64,000 bases of DNA. Source: Auanema rhodensis (Eukaryota > Animalia > Nematoda). The position numbers were made by a program, and so were the translations under genes. The DNA is taken from positions 5,022,001-5,086,000 of the forward strand of contig OZ059898.1 in NCBI GenBank assembly GCA_964057225.1, read 5' to 3'. Positions 40,464-53,525 of the stretch are shown here, piece by piece (position 1 is the first letter of the stretch; every line of letters begins with the position of its first letter). The notes below the pieces were generated by a model. That model was not told where the DNA came from. It did not search any database and worked only from the letters and a program-made list of their open reading frames with translations.

Positions 40464-41066
40464 TATTCTATTCTATGATAAAAGCAGCTATATTTTTATG
40501 ATAATTGATAATATTGTTGTGCACCTGAAATAAGCCAAACAGCGTAAGCGCTAGGCTTTCTAATAGGCGCACAAACAAAGAAATAGTAAAATGCGGATTA
40601 ATACCACAGATCCAACACTGACATTTACATAGGCTTATTAATGATTTATTTATACCCACAGAGATGAGAATATTAGACTAATCATTCGTCCTACAGGATA
40701 TATTTAAGCGCATCAGATAATCACAGAGAAGGACACATATAAGTTATTTTTCCAAAAAAAATTTAAATGAAGAAAGAAAGAAAATGACATGCACAGGAAC
40801 TAGTTGTTTCCCTGATCTATTGCTACAGCATGTGCAGTTGCTAACAACGGTATTATACCAATACATATAACAGCACTTGTGCGGAGTTCCTTAGGGAATA
40901 TCTTATCATTGCGGAAGGTTACTGTGGAAGATCATTTTCTCAAAACCTTTCATCTACAGATATTTTACACAACCTGTAATGTAGGAAAACTAGCTAATAT
41001 GAGAACAAAGAGCGGAAATCAGGAAGGCACGACATAAATAACTATGCTCTGACTAGACTATACAGA

Positions 41067-44000
41067 TCAAAACAAGGATTCATAGCTACGCATAGCCGGA
41101 AATGAAGGACTCCGATCCAAACGCTTTCTAGGTAAGTTGATGAGTAGAGTAAGAATTTCACTAAAAGAAGGCCGATCAGCCCCAGAAAAGCTCCAGCACC
41201 TCATCAGCAACTCCTAAAAAAACAAAGATCAAACAATGAAAGCATTTAAATAAAACCACCGACCACCGCATTAGCTTCAAGCTTCGACATTTAATTAAAA
41301 TACACTGACCTTTACTTCGCGTATAGCTTTAATATTATGCATTGGAGCCTTCATTCCATTCCCAACCATCCAGATAATCGTATCAGATTGTTCCCATGCC
41401 CATGGGAAGGAATATGTAAGTAATTCATACCATATTGTACTAGAAAAATAATAAAAACCAGAGGCTTAAAAACGAGGTACCTGAATGCGTAAACGTCAGA
41501 GCTTTCGGAGAAGGGTAGATCATTGAGATCACTGCTTAGAGCACGGATAAGCTCAGGAGCAAGATAAGCCAACCAGTGGCTGGGAACCAGTAAAGAATTA
41601 TTCCTGAAGATCCTAACATGAAATATATTATAACGTCATTTATACCTCATAGGATATGCTAGACGCTTCATATCGAAAGTCCCAAAATCGGTTATAACAA
41701 CTTTATTTTTACTTTCTATGAAGATATTTTTAGAACGCAGATCTTTATGTATTATGTTCTTGGTATGCAAGTAAGAAATACCCTGAAACGTATTAACAAA
41801 AACTACAACTAATCTTTTAAAAAACATACCTGACATACTTGTGTAGCTAATTGGAGAACAACACTGATATCCAAGCGTTCATTAGATTCGTGAATTGCTC
41901 GGTGAAGAGAAGGACCTTTACAAAGACTCATAACGATGCCAAATCGATCATTTTCTTGACAATACCCAAGAAAGAGTACAATATTGTCATGTCTCGTGTT
42001 CTTAAATTAGTTTGAAAGTTAAAATCATCAGTCGCAATAAACAAACCTTGTGCGCGACAACATCAGATTTGAATTCTTCTAATCGTTTAACCTCCTCAAC
42101 GTGATCCATGTTTAAAAATTTGACAGCTACGTCACCGAAATGATACCCACGCAAAACCTAATTTAAAAGTTGACTTAACAAACATAATCAAGCACTCACA
42201 TAACCAAATCTGCCTTTACCAACAAGGCTATTACGCTTGAAATCGATTTCAGAAATCGCGATGGTGACTTCATTCCAACTTGCCTTAAGTAGCGTGATAT
42301 TAGAAAAACAGTTAGAAAAGAAAAAACCTGAGCATTTGGACCACGAATTGTCATTGTATTCCAGCGATTTCGCTCAAGTCTGTTATCAAGGCTCCTACTC
42401 TCCGATTCATCACTATTTACAAGATCAGTCTACAATCAAAAGCATTTATGTTAATAAGTCTAATTAGATAAGCATACGTTCGTACTACCCGTAGAATCAG
42501 CAACCAATGTTCCTTCACTTCCATCTCCAACAAAGCTACTCGAGTGAGTGGACGACACTGTGCCCAATAAATAATCTCTATAAACCAAAATTAGTTGAAA
42601 AAAAATTCAAAATCTCACGTTGAAGTTTCTGGCAAAACAATATCCGGAACTTCAGGAACTGTGTCAGGAAACGTAAAATTTCGCTCAAGAGCTCTAGACT
42701 GTCCAGCACCCACGTTATATGGGCTATTAACAGAGCCCATATCTTTAAACATAAAGAGATAAATTTATAATAAAAAAGATTTCATACTTAAAGGAAATGC
42801 TGGAGTACTAGGTGCTGAGCTATTAGTGGAAGAAGAGCTATCGACCACTGCAGCGTTTTCGGGATATTGAAATGCAGGCTCATTGAAAGATCGGGAGGAT
42901 GGAATACTTGCAGAAGGAGGGTCGTTCCACATATCCTATTAGGAAATAGATTTAATCAATTTCATAAAAGATAAAAACATACGCCATTGTTTTGTTCAAC
43001 TAATCGATCAAATAATAAACGAATGTGTTCAGGAGTTAGCCCACACGTATCTCCAATCCTATTTTTACATTGAGAATGAACCTTCCATCTTTATAGCAAA
43101 GTATATAAGCGAACTGGATAAAATAACTTACTTGCAAGTTCGACATTTTTCCCAGGACGTGAGAAATCCAAAGCCAAGTGGACGCCTACACAGCCGGCAC
43201 ACTGAAAACACGAAAAAGTTACTTTAACCCCATTTATAATTGTACTTGAATCACCACTTCTTAAAAAATATTTAGTTGATCGATGCCATTTATGTGGAAT
43301 AGCGTGTACCAAACGAGATGTCTTCGGTGACTTCACTGAAAAATACAACCGTTCTCGACAAAATGGACTGGATGAATAAGTATTGAGATATTCAATTCGC
43401 GCGATGATACATATTAAAACGATAAAAAATGAGTATTGATATTATAAATGAAACTTACGATATTCTATTAACCAAAAAAAGTATGCAAGTATAAAATAAA
43501 AGTTGACTTACTATTTAACTGCATGCTCGTGGACTGCACCATGCGCCCAGCAGATCCTAATGTTGGAGTTGAATGAGCTGAACCAGCCATAGGTGATGAA
43601 GGTGATAACGTAGACCTTCCGGATAACACTGACAATGATCCACTACCAGATGCTGATCGACTTTAAAAAAACATGAAATTTCTAGATGAAATCAAAATAT
43701 TACTAACCTGTGCCCACTTGCCATATTTGGAGTACTGGGAAAAGAGCCACATGGATCACTATCTAACCCAGGAGACTCACGTCCTTCGTCACCCCTGGAA
43801 AAATAAAGCAGCAAATTAATAAATATTAAAAGTAAATTATACCTAGCTTGAATATCTACTGGAGCTAAAAGATAACGGGGGCTTGGAGGACTAGCAGATT
43901 CAGCACTAGTATCTCTCCATGCATCAGCTTCTAGAAAAATACGTTCAAATCATAAAAATAAGCTCAACCTAATTAACGTACTCGATGACACGGGGGAATA

Positions 44001-45064
44001 AACCGACCAAGATAGTTGTTTATCCGTGAATGAAGATTCTCTACGTCCTAAATCAAATAATATAATTGATAAAAGTAAATTGATTTCTGAATCACCTATG
44101 AATGAGCAAAAACATTGATAAAAGCATCCACCCATGGATAATTAAAATAACCAAAGTTAAAGAAGGCAAAATTGACGAAATATAGCGATGGGGCTGCGCA
44201 AATGAATGGTGGGAATGATAAATGGTCATAGCGAACAGATCAGGTTGTGCGTACGATAGTGATTGATAACAGAACTAAATGTGAGAGGACTGCTAAGAAA
44301 TGTTTTTCTCTGAATTTCATTGCCTGGACGTCAAAATATATAACTTTGTCTAATTCAAGAAAAAAATATTTTAAAAAAGTGAAACATAGGGTGGACGCTC
44401 AAGAATATGATAATGAATCTTAAAAAACACGTACCCTTCAACGCTTCCAGATAACTATTAGCGATGTCACAAGAACGGAGTATTCTTTTTTTCGATTCAG
44501 GTGAATAACGCCCACGATCCGCAAGCAGATTGGTCTAAGAAACAGAGCAAATAAAGTTTGAGGGAAAGCTTTACAAAGCGAGCATACCTCTTTTCGAGGC
44601 TTTTGGATCATAACTAATATATCATGAATGCCGCATAACTCCAAGTGTCGGATGTTCGTCGGAGATAAACCAATAAGTCTTAACCAGTCCGTAAGTCGCG
44701 GTCTTAAAGGTGATGACCGAGAATGAGGTGGGCGTGATATCAAAACACGGGAAAGCAAACGAATCAACCGAGCCTATGTGCGTGGTTAAGTATTGAAAAA
44801 ATTATTTGTCCAAACCTCAAAAGCAACTAATTCTGCTTCTTTCAAGTTACCTACTTGGCCCTCATACTTTTGGGCAAGTGATTCGAATTCCTGTAGAGCA
44901 GAATAATAATCAGAATGTGCTACTGCTGTCCTACTAGTACTAGCCTAAATATTTTTTAAAAAATCAATAAATAGAAATTAGAGAGTGCAAACCTCTGGAG
45001 AAGTCGCATCATGGTCACTACGGAAACTTGAGTGAGCAACTTCCGAAACCGAACTCCCGTGCAT
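41067..45064 (-). CDS. ksr-1: Kinase suppressor of Ras (CC-SAM-like N-terminus, C1 domain, S/T-rich CA4, Raf-like kinase domain)
   Basis: C1 domain [50 protein letters not shown], then [14 protein letters not shown]. Kinase motifs [37 protein letters not shown] and WLAYLAPE; C-terminus [15 protein letters not shown]. Confidence 0.93.
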
Positions 45065-45350
45065 GCCCAATACAGTCAGATCCGCCTTTTATACATAGGA
45101 TTATACATTGATTATTAAATAAATTCTGGAAAAAGAACATCATATTTTTTAAACAACAGCTGCTCAAAAAGACCGGATTAATGTCATCAAATGATAAGGT
45201 GCAATAACATTTACAAGCATGAACTGAGAAAATTTGAAACATTCAATTAATGTAGCTTTGTAAAAAGGAGTAAAGTTGTTAAATAAAAAATAGGTCGTTA
45301 AAGAAATAATTGATCTTAAAAAAAAAAACAAAAATCATTCTCGCTCCAAA

Positions 45351-45360
45351 GGGGCGTGGC
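45351..45360. promoter_or_regulatory. GC box (GGGGCGTGGC) upstream of the ksr-1 trans-splice site
   Basis: Sp/KLF-type motif in AT-rich DNA ~230 bp upstream of the TTTCCAG acceptor at ~45126. Confidence 0.3.
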
Positions 45361-46389
45361 AAAAATACAAACGTTATGCGGCGCATGGAAGCTGCGTAAA
45401 CAGCTCACATGCAACTCAAAATCTTTAGCAATTCCTGAATTAACAACAACAAGTTCAAAAAATTAATAATCGAAGAGGGTTCCCAAGATTGGAGTATATT
45501 GCATGTACTGTATTAATTACAGAGACATACAGTTGGAAAACTAGTTTGAAAGTGCGAGCAAGCTAAGAACAACGGCGATAGGGCTATAGGATAGATGAAA
45601 TGGACTGCCCTCATAGATCTTAAAGAAGCCCATGTATCAAAAGCTTCTAAGTCTACCATGACATTTAGCGTCAACTAATTACATTTTTCAAGGAAAGAGA
45701 AGACCTGTCCGTATAATTGATCCTATTTGAGACATATCCATTAGCTATATAAACACTACTTAAGCCAACAAGCAATTGTCCAGGTCCCAGTGTAAGTGTG
45801 AATGTGAAAGCCATATTGCTTTCTCTGCTCATTGCAAAAAATACTTCAGGTAGTACTTAACAACCATTATAGACATCGAGAAGTAGACTGATCAATCAAT
45901 TTATGCGTATTTTTTAAAATATGAAAATGAATATTCATCAGATCTATTATTCAGTTCTTCATCTTTGTGCAGCCTGTGTGTCTGCAAAAGTGGCTATCGG
46001 TAATTTTAATTATTCTGAATCAGAAATTTGAGTAAGAGCAGCTTCTGGTTACCTGTTAAAAAGAATGAGATATTTAATATCTTTGATTTATGTTGCATTG
46101 AAGATTTTCCACGTTGTTGTTCAAGTTAAAGATATATTTTGACACACAATGTTAAAAGGCCAATTGCTCTATCATCTATGCATCACGTATTGTTCTAGTT
46201 TTTTGTTTTTCATATCTTTTTGTTTGTTTTCTGATCATTGAGTTGAACTGACATGCCTCGAGGATGATGTTTTCTTCCTGATTGGCATATTTTTTCATTG
46301 ATATAATAATAAAATAAAAATCCACACAAAACGATACAAATGAGACTATGAACCCTTACACAAGAAGGATCTTAATCTGAGGTCTCACT

Positions 46390-47900
46390 CTTTGTCGACA
46401 TGAACGTTCTGATGTCAGAAGAGCCCCCAGGCGAATCCGGCGAATATGGAAGGTTCAATTGACTTCGCGTAATTATGGAAGGAGAAAAGATTTATGCCCA
46501 ATCTTCGTTCTTTTTCATTTCATATTCTTTATTCTTTTCAATTTTCTTTTAGATTTCAACTTTCTGGCGTATCTTTTAGGTCTAGAATTTTCCGGAAGAA
46601 CTGGACGAGGTCGTTTCAACATCCTTTTAACTCTTATGGTAGTCGTTGTTGTCTTCTGCTTCATTGATGTCCAGTCCGACACCCATGCCTTTCCCTCTTA
46701 CGATCCTCCGCTTCAACTTCCTTTTTCAATCTCTCATATCCCCCGATCTTCCTGTCTTTCGTTCTCTCTCAATTCCCCCCTCTATTTCATTTACACTTTT
46801 CATCTTCTTCACTTTCGTACTCCTTGATTCTGATTCTTTTCTCTTCAAAATTTCACTCATCGACATCCCGACTCAAGAATAAGGCTTACCCTAATTCATT
46901 TTTCATACATTCTCTCGTAATGTCTGGTCAAGCTCAAGAATCGATTACCTTTTCTCTAGAGTTTCCTATTAGATGCTTAAGAATAGATCACGAATGTACT
47001 TTACCTTGATCATAGTGGCTGTATATAACCTTCAAAAATTAAGTTTTTATTCACTTCTTAGTAAATAAGGCGAAAATATTTCAACAAAAATTTTATCCCC
47101 CCTAATTACAACTTTACCTTTTCAGCATTACACGATCTGAGGAAATGTGATATACTCTGTAAACTTAAGAGTATGACATATTAACCCAGAAGGCCAAGCT
47201 TCAAAAGAATATCTTGAATGCTTGAAGATTTATTAAGAATTTTCTTCCAATGCCATTCTTAATAATATATTCGTATTTTTGATTTCAAAAATTCAATTTC
47301 CGTCATAAGAAATGAAATCGAAAAAGGCAGGATCTTCAAGCAGCAATCTTGACGAAGTCGTCATCATTGCCAAAAAATTCTTCACAAAACCTTGTTTGTC
47401 CTTCTCGTCCTTTCTTCAACTTCCCCATCTTCTTCATGTCCCATTCTCTCTTATGTCTTTTCTTTCTTTTTCTATTTCTCACAGTCATTCAGCTCATACT
47501 AATGTTGATGTTTTTTTACTATTTGATTTTTCCTGTTTATTGTCAATTATTATATATGGTATGTTGTGATGTTTACCTTGTTTCTACTTTCGAATTTCAG
47601 AGGCTTATTTTTGACTATGTTGTTCATATCGTTTAAGACTGTTAATCTTCATTCATATAGTCTTCTTCCAATTTTAATATGATTCTTATCCTCGCGTTCG
47701 TACTTGATTTACCTATCCTTTCCAACTTCTGTTAATGTTCCTTTCTTATTCATTCTTTCTATGATCGCTTTACACCTATCTCAACATAACATTAGTACCG
47801 CATATACAGAGGATAATCCTTCTTAACGTGTGATCGAAACCTTGACCTTGCTTCTTACCATTGCAACCATTCCACTGTATCATCACTCTTTACCGGCTCC
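46390..47900 (-). pseudogene. Decayed, strand-biased coding-like relic, possibly retroelement-derived
   Basis: Intronless purine-rich minus strand with interrupted K/E/R-rich frames (e.g. KRPRPVLPENSRPKRYARK); no diagnostic domain recognised. Confidence 0.2.
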
Positions 47901-49457
47901 GGGCTATTGGATTCGCATGGTTATTGTGCAAGACAAAGTATAAAAGAAAAAAAGAGAGAGGTAGACGAAAGGGGAAGATCAGCCAATGTTAGGCTTTGGA
48001 CCAAATTGCATAGGGCTGGAAGTTGCCAAGGTCAACAAAAATCATTAATACTAGTTCTCATACGTATTTACATTTTGAATTTAAATCCTCACCATATTAC
48101 CTTTCTAATTTAATTTTAATGTATTATTTATTCTTTTATCTCATCCAAAAAAAACTATATTTTTTATATTTCTAACATATGAGTTGAAAAAATGTTTTCA
48201 AATTCCTTTTATATTTTATCATTTTAGAATTTTTCTTTTTTTTTTACTGAACTCGTTTATATCTTTTTTCTTATTTTGTTCTTTTATCTCTCTACTACTT
48301 TTTGAAGTTTTTTTCTCACTTCTATATATGACTGGTGTCACTGTCTATTCATCTGAAATTCTAAAAGAATATTCAATGAACTGATGAAACATAAAGTTTT
48401 TACTCATATTGTACTGATCATTTTACTTTAATAATATTCATTATAGAATCTTTTACTAGTTAGATTATTAAACATATATACAATGTATATTGACACATAT
48501 AAATGAAACATTTATGTTTGTCTTTCAAAACAAAATTATGTAGTATTTTGGAAGTTTAAAATAGAATAATTTTCCAAATTCTAAACTTAGATTATTAAAA
48601 TTAAATTCTATATACTTCTTTGATTTAGTTTTATTCTTAATAATAAATTTCATTTATCATCATAATTCGAGCCTGCGAGTTTTCACAGCGTATTCTGCCT
48701 ACGGGGTATGCTTTAGTTTCTTCTCATGCACAATCACGTCATGCATCTCAACATTCAGTATTATGTTCTCAGCTGTCTTCTTATTCATAGTACCTAAATG
48801 AAATATTGAGTTAATGAAGATTATAAAAAAATTTTCAAATTTTAACTTTCAATTTCTATATTTTAATATGAAATTTACATTAAAAAAAAGAACCGTTATC
48901 CATATTCTCTGCTTTCCTTTCCCATCCTGATGTTGTTTTCTTTCTATTAGAAACAAAGTCTCTCAACCAATCATCTTTTGAAACGGCCAAATTTTCACTA
49001 AAGAAGTGGGCCGTTTTCTTTACTTTAAATAGAACAAATTCTTTTTGAACTCATCCTCAGCATTTGACAGATTTTTTTCTATTTTACTAGTTTGGGAAAG
49101 AAAATAACCATGACAAGTATGACCTCAAAGTTATGTAAATCAAAAGAATGCCTTTTGACCATAAAGAACATTGGTGTTTCCTACTTGTAATTCTATTTGT
49201 TTTCTTTTTAATTTCATAACTTTTCATTTTTGTATGTACATTTACATATCTATTGTAAATGTAGTATATGCTTACATACATCTTTCTAAAAAAAATATTT
49301 CCTTCTCACACAATTTATGTAATTACTAGCCTATTCCTCAGAGAAATGACAATTAAGAATTTTTGATAATATCGTCAATTTTCCATTTTCATCTCAACCA
49401 ATTGTGCTAATTTCAAAACCTCTTATTCAGGTAACTCAGCCTATTATTGATTTAAAC

Positions 49458-52339
49458 ATGGCAATTTGCTGGCCATCGTCTGCTTTTCTGCAAATTTTAT
49501 TATTTTCGCAGGTAAATTTAATTTAGTATATTCCTGACTTGCTCTTAAGCAGTTGATAAAATTCTGGAAAGGATTTAAGAAGCTAAAAACATCTTTGTAA
49601 TAGAGAGATTCAAGCCGATTTCAAGTGCTTCCGTTTTTACTATAGCTCCTCTCGAAGTATTTTCCCTTATGTATGTTTCAAAAAAATGAAAATTAATAGA
49701 ATTTGACGATTAATTAAGTAAAATTTGAATGAAACTTAAAAAAAGGAATATTGAAGAAGAATCTACTCAATCATGTAAACCATAGTGTAGCTACGATCAC
49801 TAAGGTTCATAAATATTCTATGTCCTTTCTCAGTAAAATATTGATGAAAGTCTCAATTTGTCTGTTAATATATGGATCTCTCGCTTAGAAAAACAGAAAA
49901 GAAAAGAAATGTGAACTCTATAGAAATGAGAATAATTTGAAAAGCCAGAAAAAATACAAAAGATATGAAAATGAAAGTTAAATGAGATGCAGTAGAAATA
50001 ATAACTTTTCTTAACTTTTTATAATAGTTAATTCACATTTCAGATATATAGTGTAATTGGAGATGAACTCTTACAAGGTAATGATATAAACTCAAGATAC
50101 TAATTGTTTTCTAACAACTTCCTAGATCGGTCTGTGGCTTGCACAGCCTCAAGCATGGATGTTTCTTTATCATTCACAAAGCCATTTAGTGGCAGTATAT
50201 TCACTGAAAAGGGATTTGCCAACCCAACATGCAGGTTCAATTGAATTAGAACTATCGTTCAAATAATTGAAAGTTTATTTAGATGGCCTGGAAAGGGAAA
50301 TACTAAAATAGATTTAAAAGTACCATTACTCACTAATGAAACGGATTGTGGAGTAATATCAAATGATGTGCGATATGAATTATGCTAACTTTTTGATTTT
50401 AATTATATTTCAGACTAGTGGAGAATTTACTGTAAAATTAATAATAAGTCCAGTTGAAGGCTTAATTGTTGATGGCTTTTCAGCTGTCAATATTCGTTGT
50501 ATTTACAGTACTCAGGATATCACTTTAACATTGCCTCCGGGTCTCAATGGAAATGCTTTACAAATAAGGTTTTATAATACAGTATAAGTATATTTTCTAA
50601 TTTCTAATTCAAACATTACAGTGGAACTCATACTGATGCCGGTGGAGTTATAACCGGAAGTGGGGGTGCTCCAATACTATCTATGCAAATCCTTGACGGT
50701 CATGGAATAAATGGTCAGCCTGTTGCTCGAGCTGCAGTTGGCCAACGGATAACTTTGGATCTTGTTCTGAAAGATACATGTACGTTTTCAAGCTTGCAAT
50801 AACTCATTATGCTATTCATATTTATATATAGATATACATATATAACATGAACATTTGAACATATTCATTTAATTTAGCAATATATGATTTCTACGTTCAT
50901 TCGTGTTATGCTCATGACGGAACAAACACGCCAGATGCAAGCATCAATATAATTGATAACAATGGGTTAGATATATCATATATTCATAATATTTCAAAAA
51001 CTTTTTCAACATTTTTCTGACGTCATTCCTCTCCATTGATTACGACGTGAGAAGACACGTGAAATATTATTTTGTTTAGTAAACATGAAAAAGCTCTTGC
51101 ATTCTATTATAAAAATTTTTTTCTGACCCCACGATTTGTATGATTTTCATTTCCAGGTGCGGAGTCCGCTTATCAAGAGCAATTGACGCCCCAGCTTTTA
51201 CAACAGAGCCAACTAATCATGGCCCAAAACATGTTTATCTTCACATGTATGTTTGTTTCGCATAAATGCTGCCAATTAGATTATTTTCTTTTCTTTTCTT
51301 TTCTTTAATCAAATCTATTGTATTTTAGGTACGGTTTCCAATTCACTTCATCTCAATTTGTGCACTTCGAGTGTCAAGTTAAACCTTGTGTACATTCATG
51401 TCGACGAGAGGTAATAAAATTAAAGTAGAAATTAACTACAAGAGATTAATTACATATTAACGTTTTCTTTAAATAAATTTTGAGCGTCGAAATATCACAA
51501 AAGATAAAAATGAGAAATGAATTGAAATTTCTTTCAGCAATGTCAACCAGATAGAGATGAAAATAAGATACCTTTGATACCAGCTGCGCGTCGTCGTCGT
51601 CAACAACAACAGCATAATGAAGATAATCTGAAAACACTGAGACTGCAAACTGTCATTCATATTGAAGAACAGCAAATCGAAAAAGCTGCATTAGGTCAAG
51701 ACAATGTTTTTTTTAAAATTAATCCTAAACCATTTCAAGACAATATTTCTTCCGATATCTTTATAATACACAATTTTTAAATTGAAGTTTGTGTAGAAAT
51801 GTTACTTTGAAGTAAGCATACAGTCGAAAATCATTCTCGAGTATAGGGCCTAATACATGATAAAATCTTTATATTTTTCGATGCTTCGTTTAGTCAGTAT
51901 ATCAATATCACTTCAGCAGTAAAGTCAATATAAGAATATAATAGTTTTGGTTGATGCCCTTTTTGGACTGTTTTTTTCCACAAAACTAAAAAATAATATA
52001 TAAATTGTTGATTTTTGCGGAAGTTACGCGGAAACTATAATCAAGAACTATTTATTGCTATAGTTATGAATTTTATAATGAAAACAGTACGTTCAAAGGC
52101 ATAACCTAGGTTTACAGTATATTATAAAGCTAATTTTTAACATTTCAGTATCAGCCGAACAACCAATCCCTTCATCACCTTGTTTGCAAGTTAATACCGT
52201 GCTATTTATCTGTCTTTTCTTTGCATTAGCCTTAATATCTATCGTAACGGTTGTGCTCTGTGCGTGTGCTTCACGAATTCGCCGTTGTGACCCAACATTT
52301 GAGGAAACTTACTGTACCAGCTCGTCTTTCAGCCAATAA
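49458..52339 (+). CDS. ZP-domain cuticlin-like (cutl family) type I membrane protein
   Basis: Signal peptide MAICWPSSAFLQILLF; ZP-N VACTASSMDVSLSFTKPFSGSIF..C..CG..IRCIY; ZP-C FYVHSCYAHDG..IIDNNGC..MYGFQFTSSQFVHFECQVKPC; furin site ARRRR; TM helix VLFICLFFALALISIVTVVLC; stop 52337-52339. Confidence 0.92.
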
Positions 52340-52842
52340 TCAGTATATTCCATTGGTTTTTGTTGGTATTACTGAACGAAAATCAGTGAGCATCTCGTTG
52401 AATCTCAACTCTGTTTCGAGCAATTATTCCTGTAATCATATCTGTTTTGTTTATGTGAAGATTCTTCCCTATCATTACGCTCCTTATTAATTTTAATATT
52501 TCTCTTTACATTCCAGCAATGTTTTAAAAGAAATGCCTTGTTTGCCTTTCGAAGTACTGTGAACGTCCGAAAAGGACATTTTGTTCGTCTGTGTCACTAA
52601 TATTCTGCTATGATTGATAACCAATACCAACCGCCTTAAATGAAATATCATTTTTATTTTCTTTTAAATTCAAAACATTCATAATTAAGTCTTGAATAAA
52701 AATATATAATAATAATTTTTTTTAGTTTTTATGCCTAATTATTGTTTAAGTTTTACTCAGTTTACATGTTAAAAAGTATCAAATCTAAAGTTTTACAATA
52801 TAATTGTAGAATACAATGAGCAAATGGTAGGTTTAAATCGTA

Positions 52843-52976
52843 GTTACGTGGCGGTGTGGTTGTAATGTACGCTACGACTAAAGCGACTGGGGTTCGAACC
52901 CCGTCTGGAACGATGACGATCCTATAGTTCAACTGAAACGTTTCATGGTGACAAATTTCGCCCCTATCGGAGTTTC
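52843..52976 (+). mobile_element. tRNA-derived SINE-like element (copy 1)
   Basis: A-box-like TGGCGGTGTGG, T-arm/B box GGGGTTCGAACCCC, no proper cloverleaf, followed by a ~64-bp tail repeated at 53195-53258. Confidence 0.55.
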
Positions 52977-53129
52977 CTCATTTTTTCTTTTCAAAGTTTC
53001 ATTCCTTTCTTATAAATTGCTAATATAGTTTGATCTTTTGTATTGTACTTGTTGTTGTGAAAATTTACAACTTCCTAGAATTCTACCGATCTATATTAAT
53101 TTCTTCACAATTTGAGATATTGTAGGAGA

Positions 53130-53258
53130 ATTGTATCCTGGTAAGATTGCCGTTTATGATTTCTAACACGAGGGATTGAATCCACCGTGAAACAATGACG
53201 ATCCTATAGTTCAACTGATCATATACATGGTGACAAATTTCGCCCCTATCGGAGTTTC
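53130..53258 (+). mobile_element. Degenerate tRNA-derived SINE-like element (copy 2)
   Basis: Eroded head (GGTAAGATT..GGATTGAATCC) plus the same tail ATGACGATCCTATAGTTCAACTGA..CATGGTGACAAATTTCGCCCCTATCGGAGTTTC. Confidence 0.5.
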
Positions 53259-53525
53259 TTTTTGTTTGAATTATTGACAATAGTGACTTCTTGTTCTCTT
53301 CACATCTATTAGGTATCATTCTGGTTCTTTACAAATGACAATGAGAACTCTCAGGGATTTATTAACTATTCATAAATTTTGGCTCACTGATTGCTTCCTA
53401 ATTTGTTATCTAAATTTTCTAAAGTACATTGGAGGACGAAAAGTTCTTAATTTACTCGGATTTTGTGCTCTTATCAGTATACGGTTGCTTGATCTTTTCA
53501 TTACTTCATTCGAATACAGCACGAG

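Noticed and set aside
40660-41063. snoRNA or 3' UTR intron downstream of the ksr-1 stop
   Set aside because: No correctly ordered C/D or H/ACA boxes; donor for the apparent acceptor at ~40974 is weak
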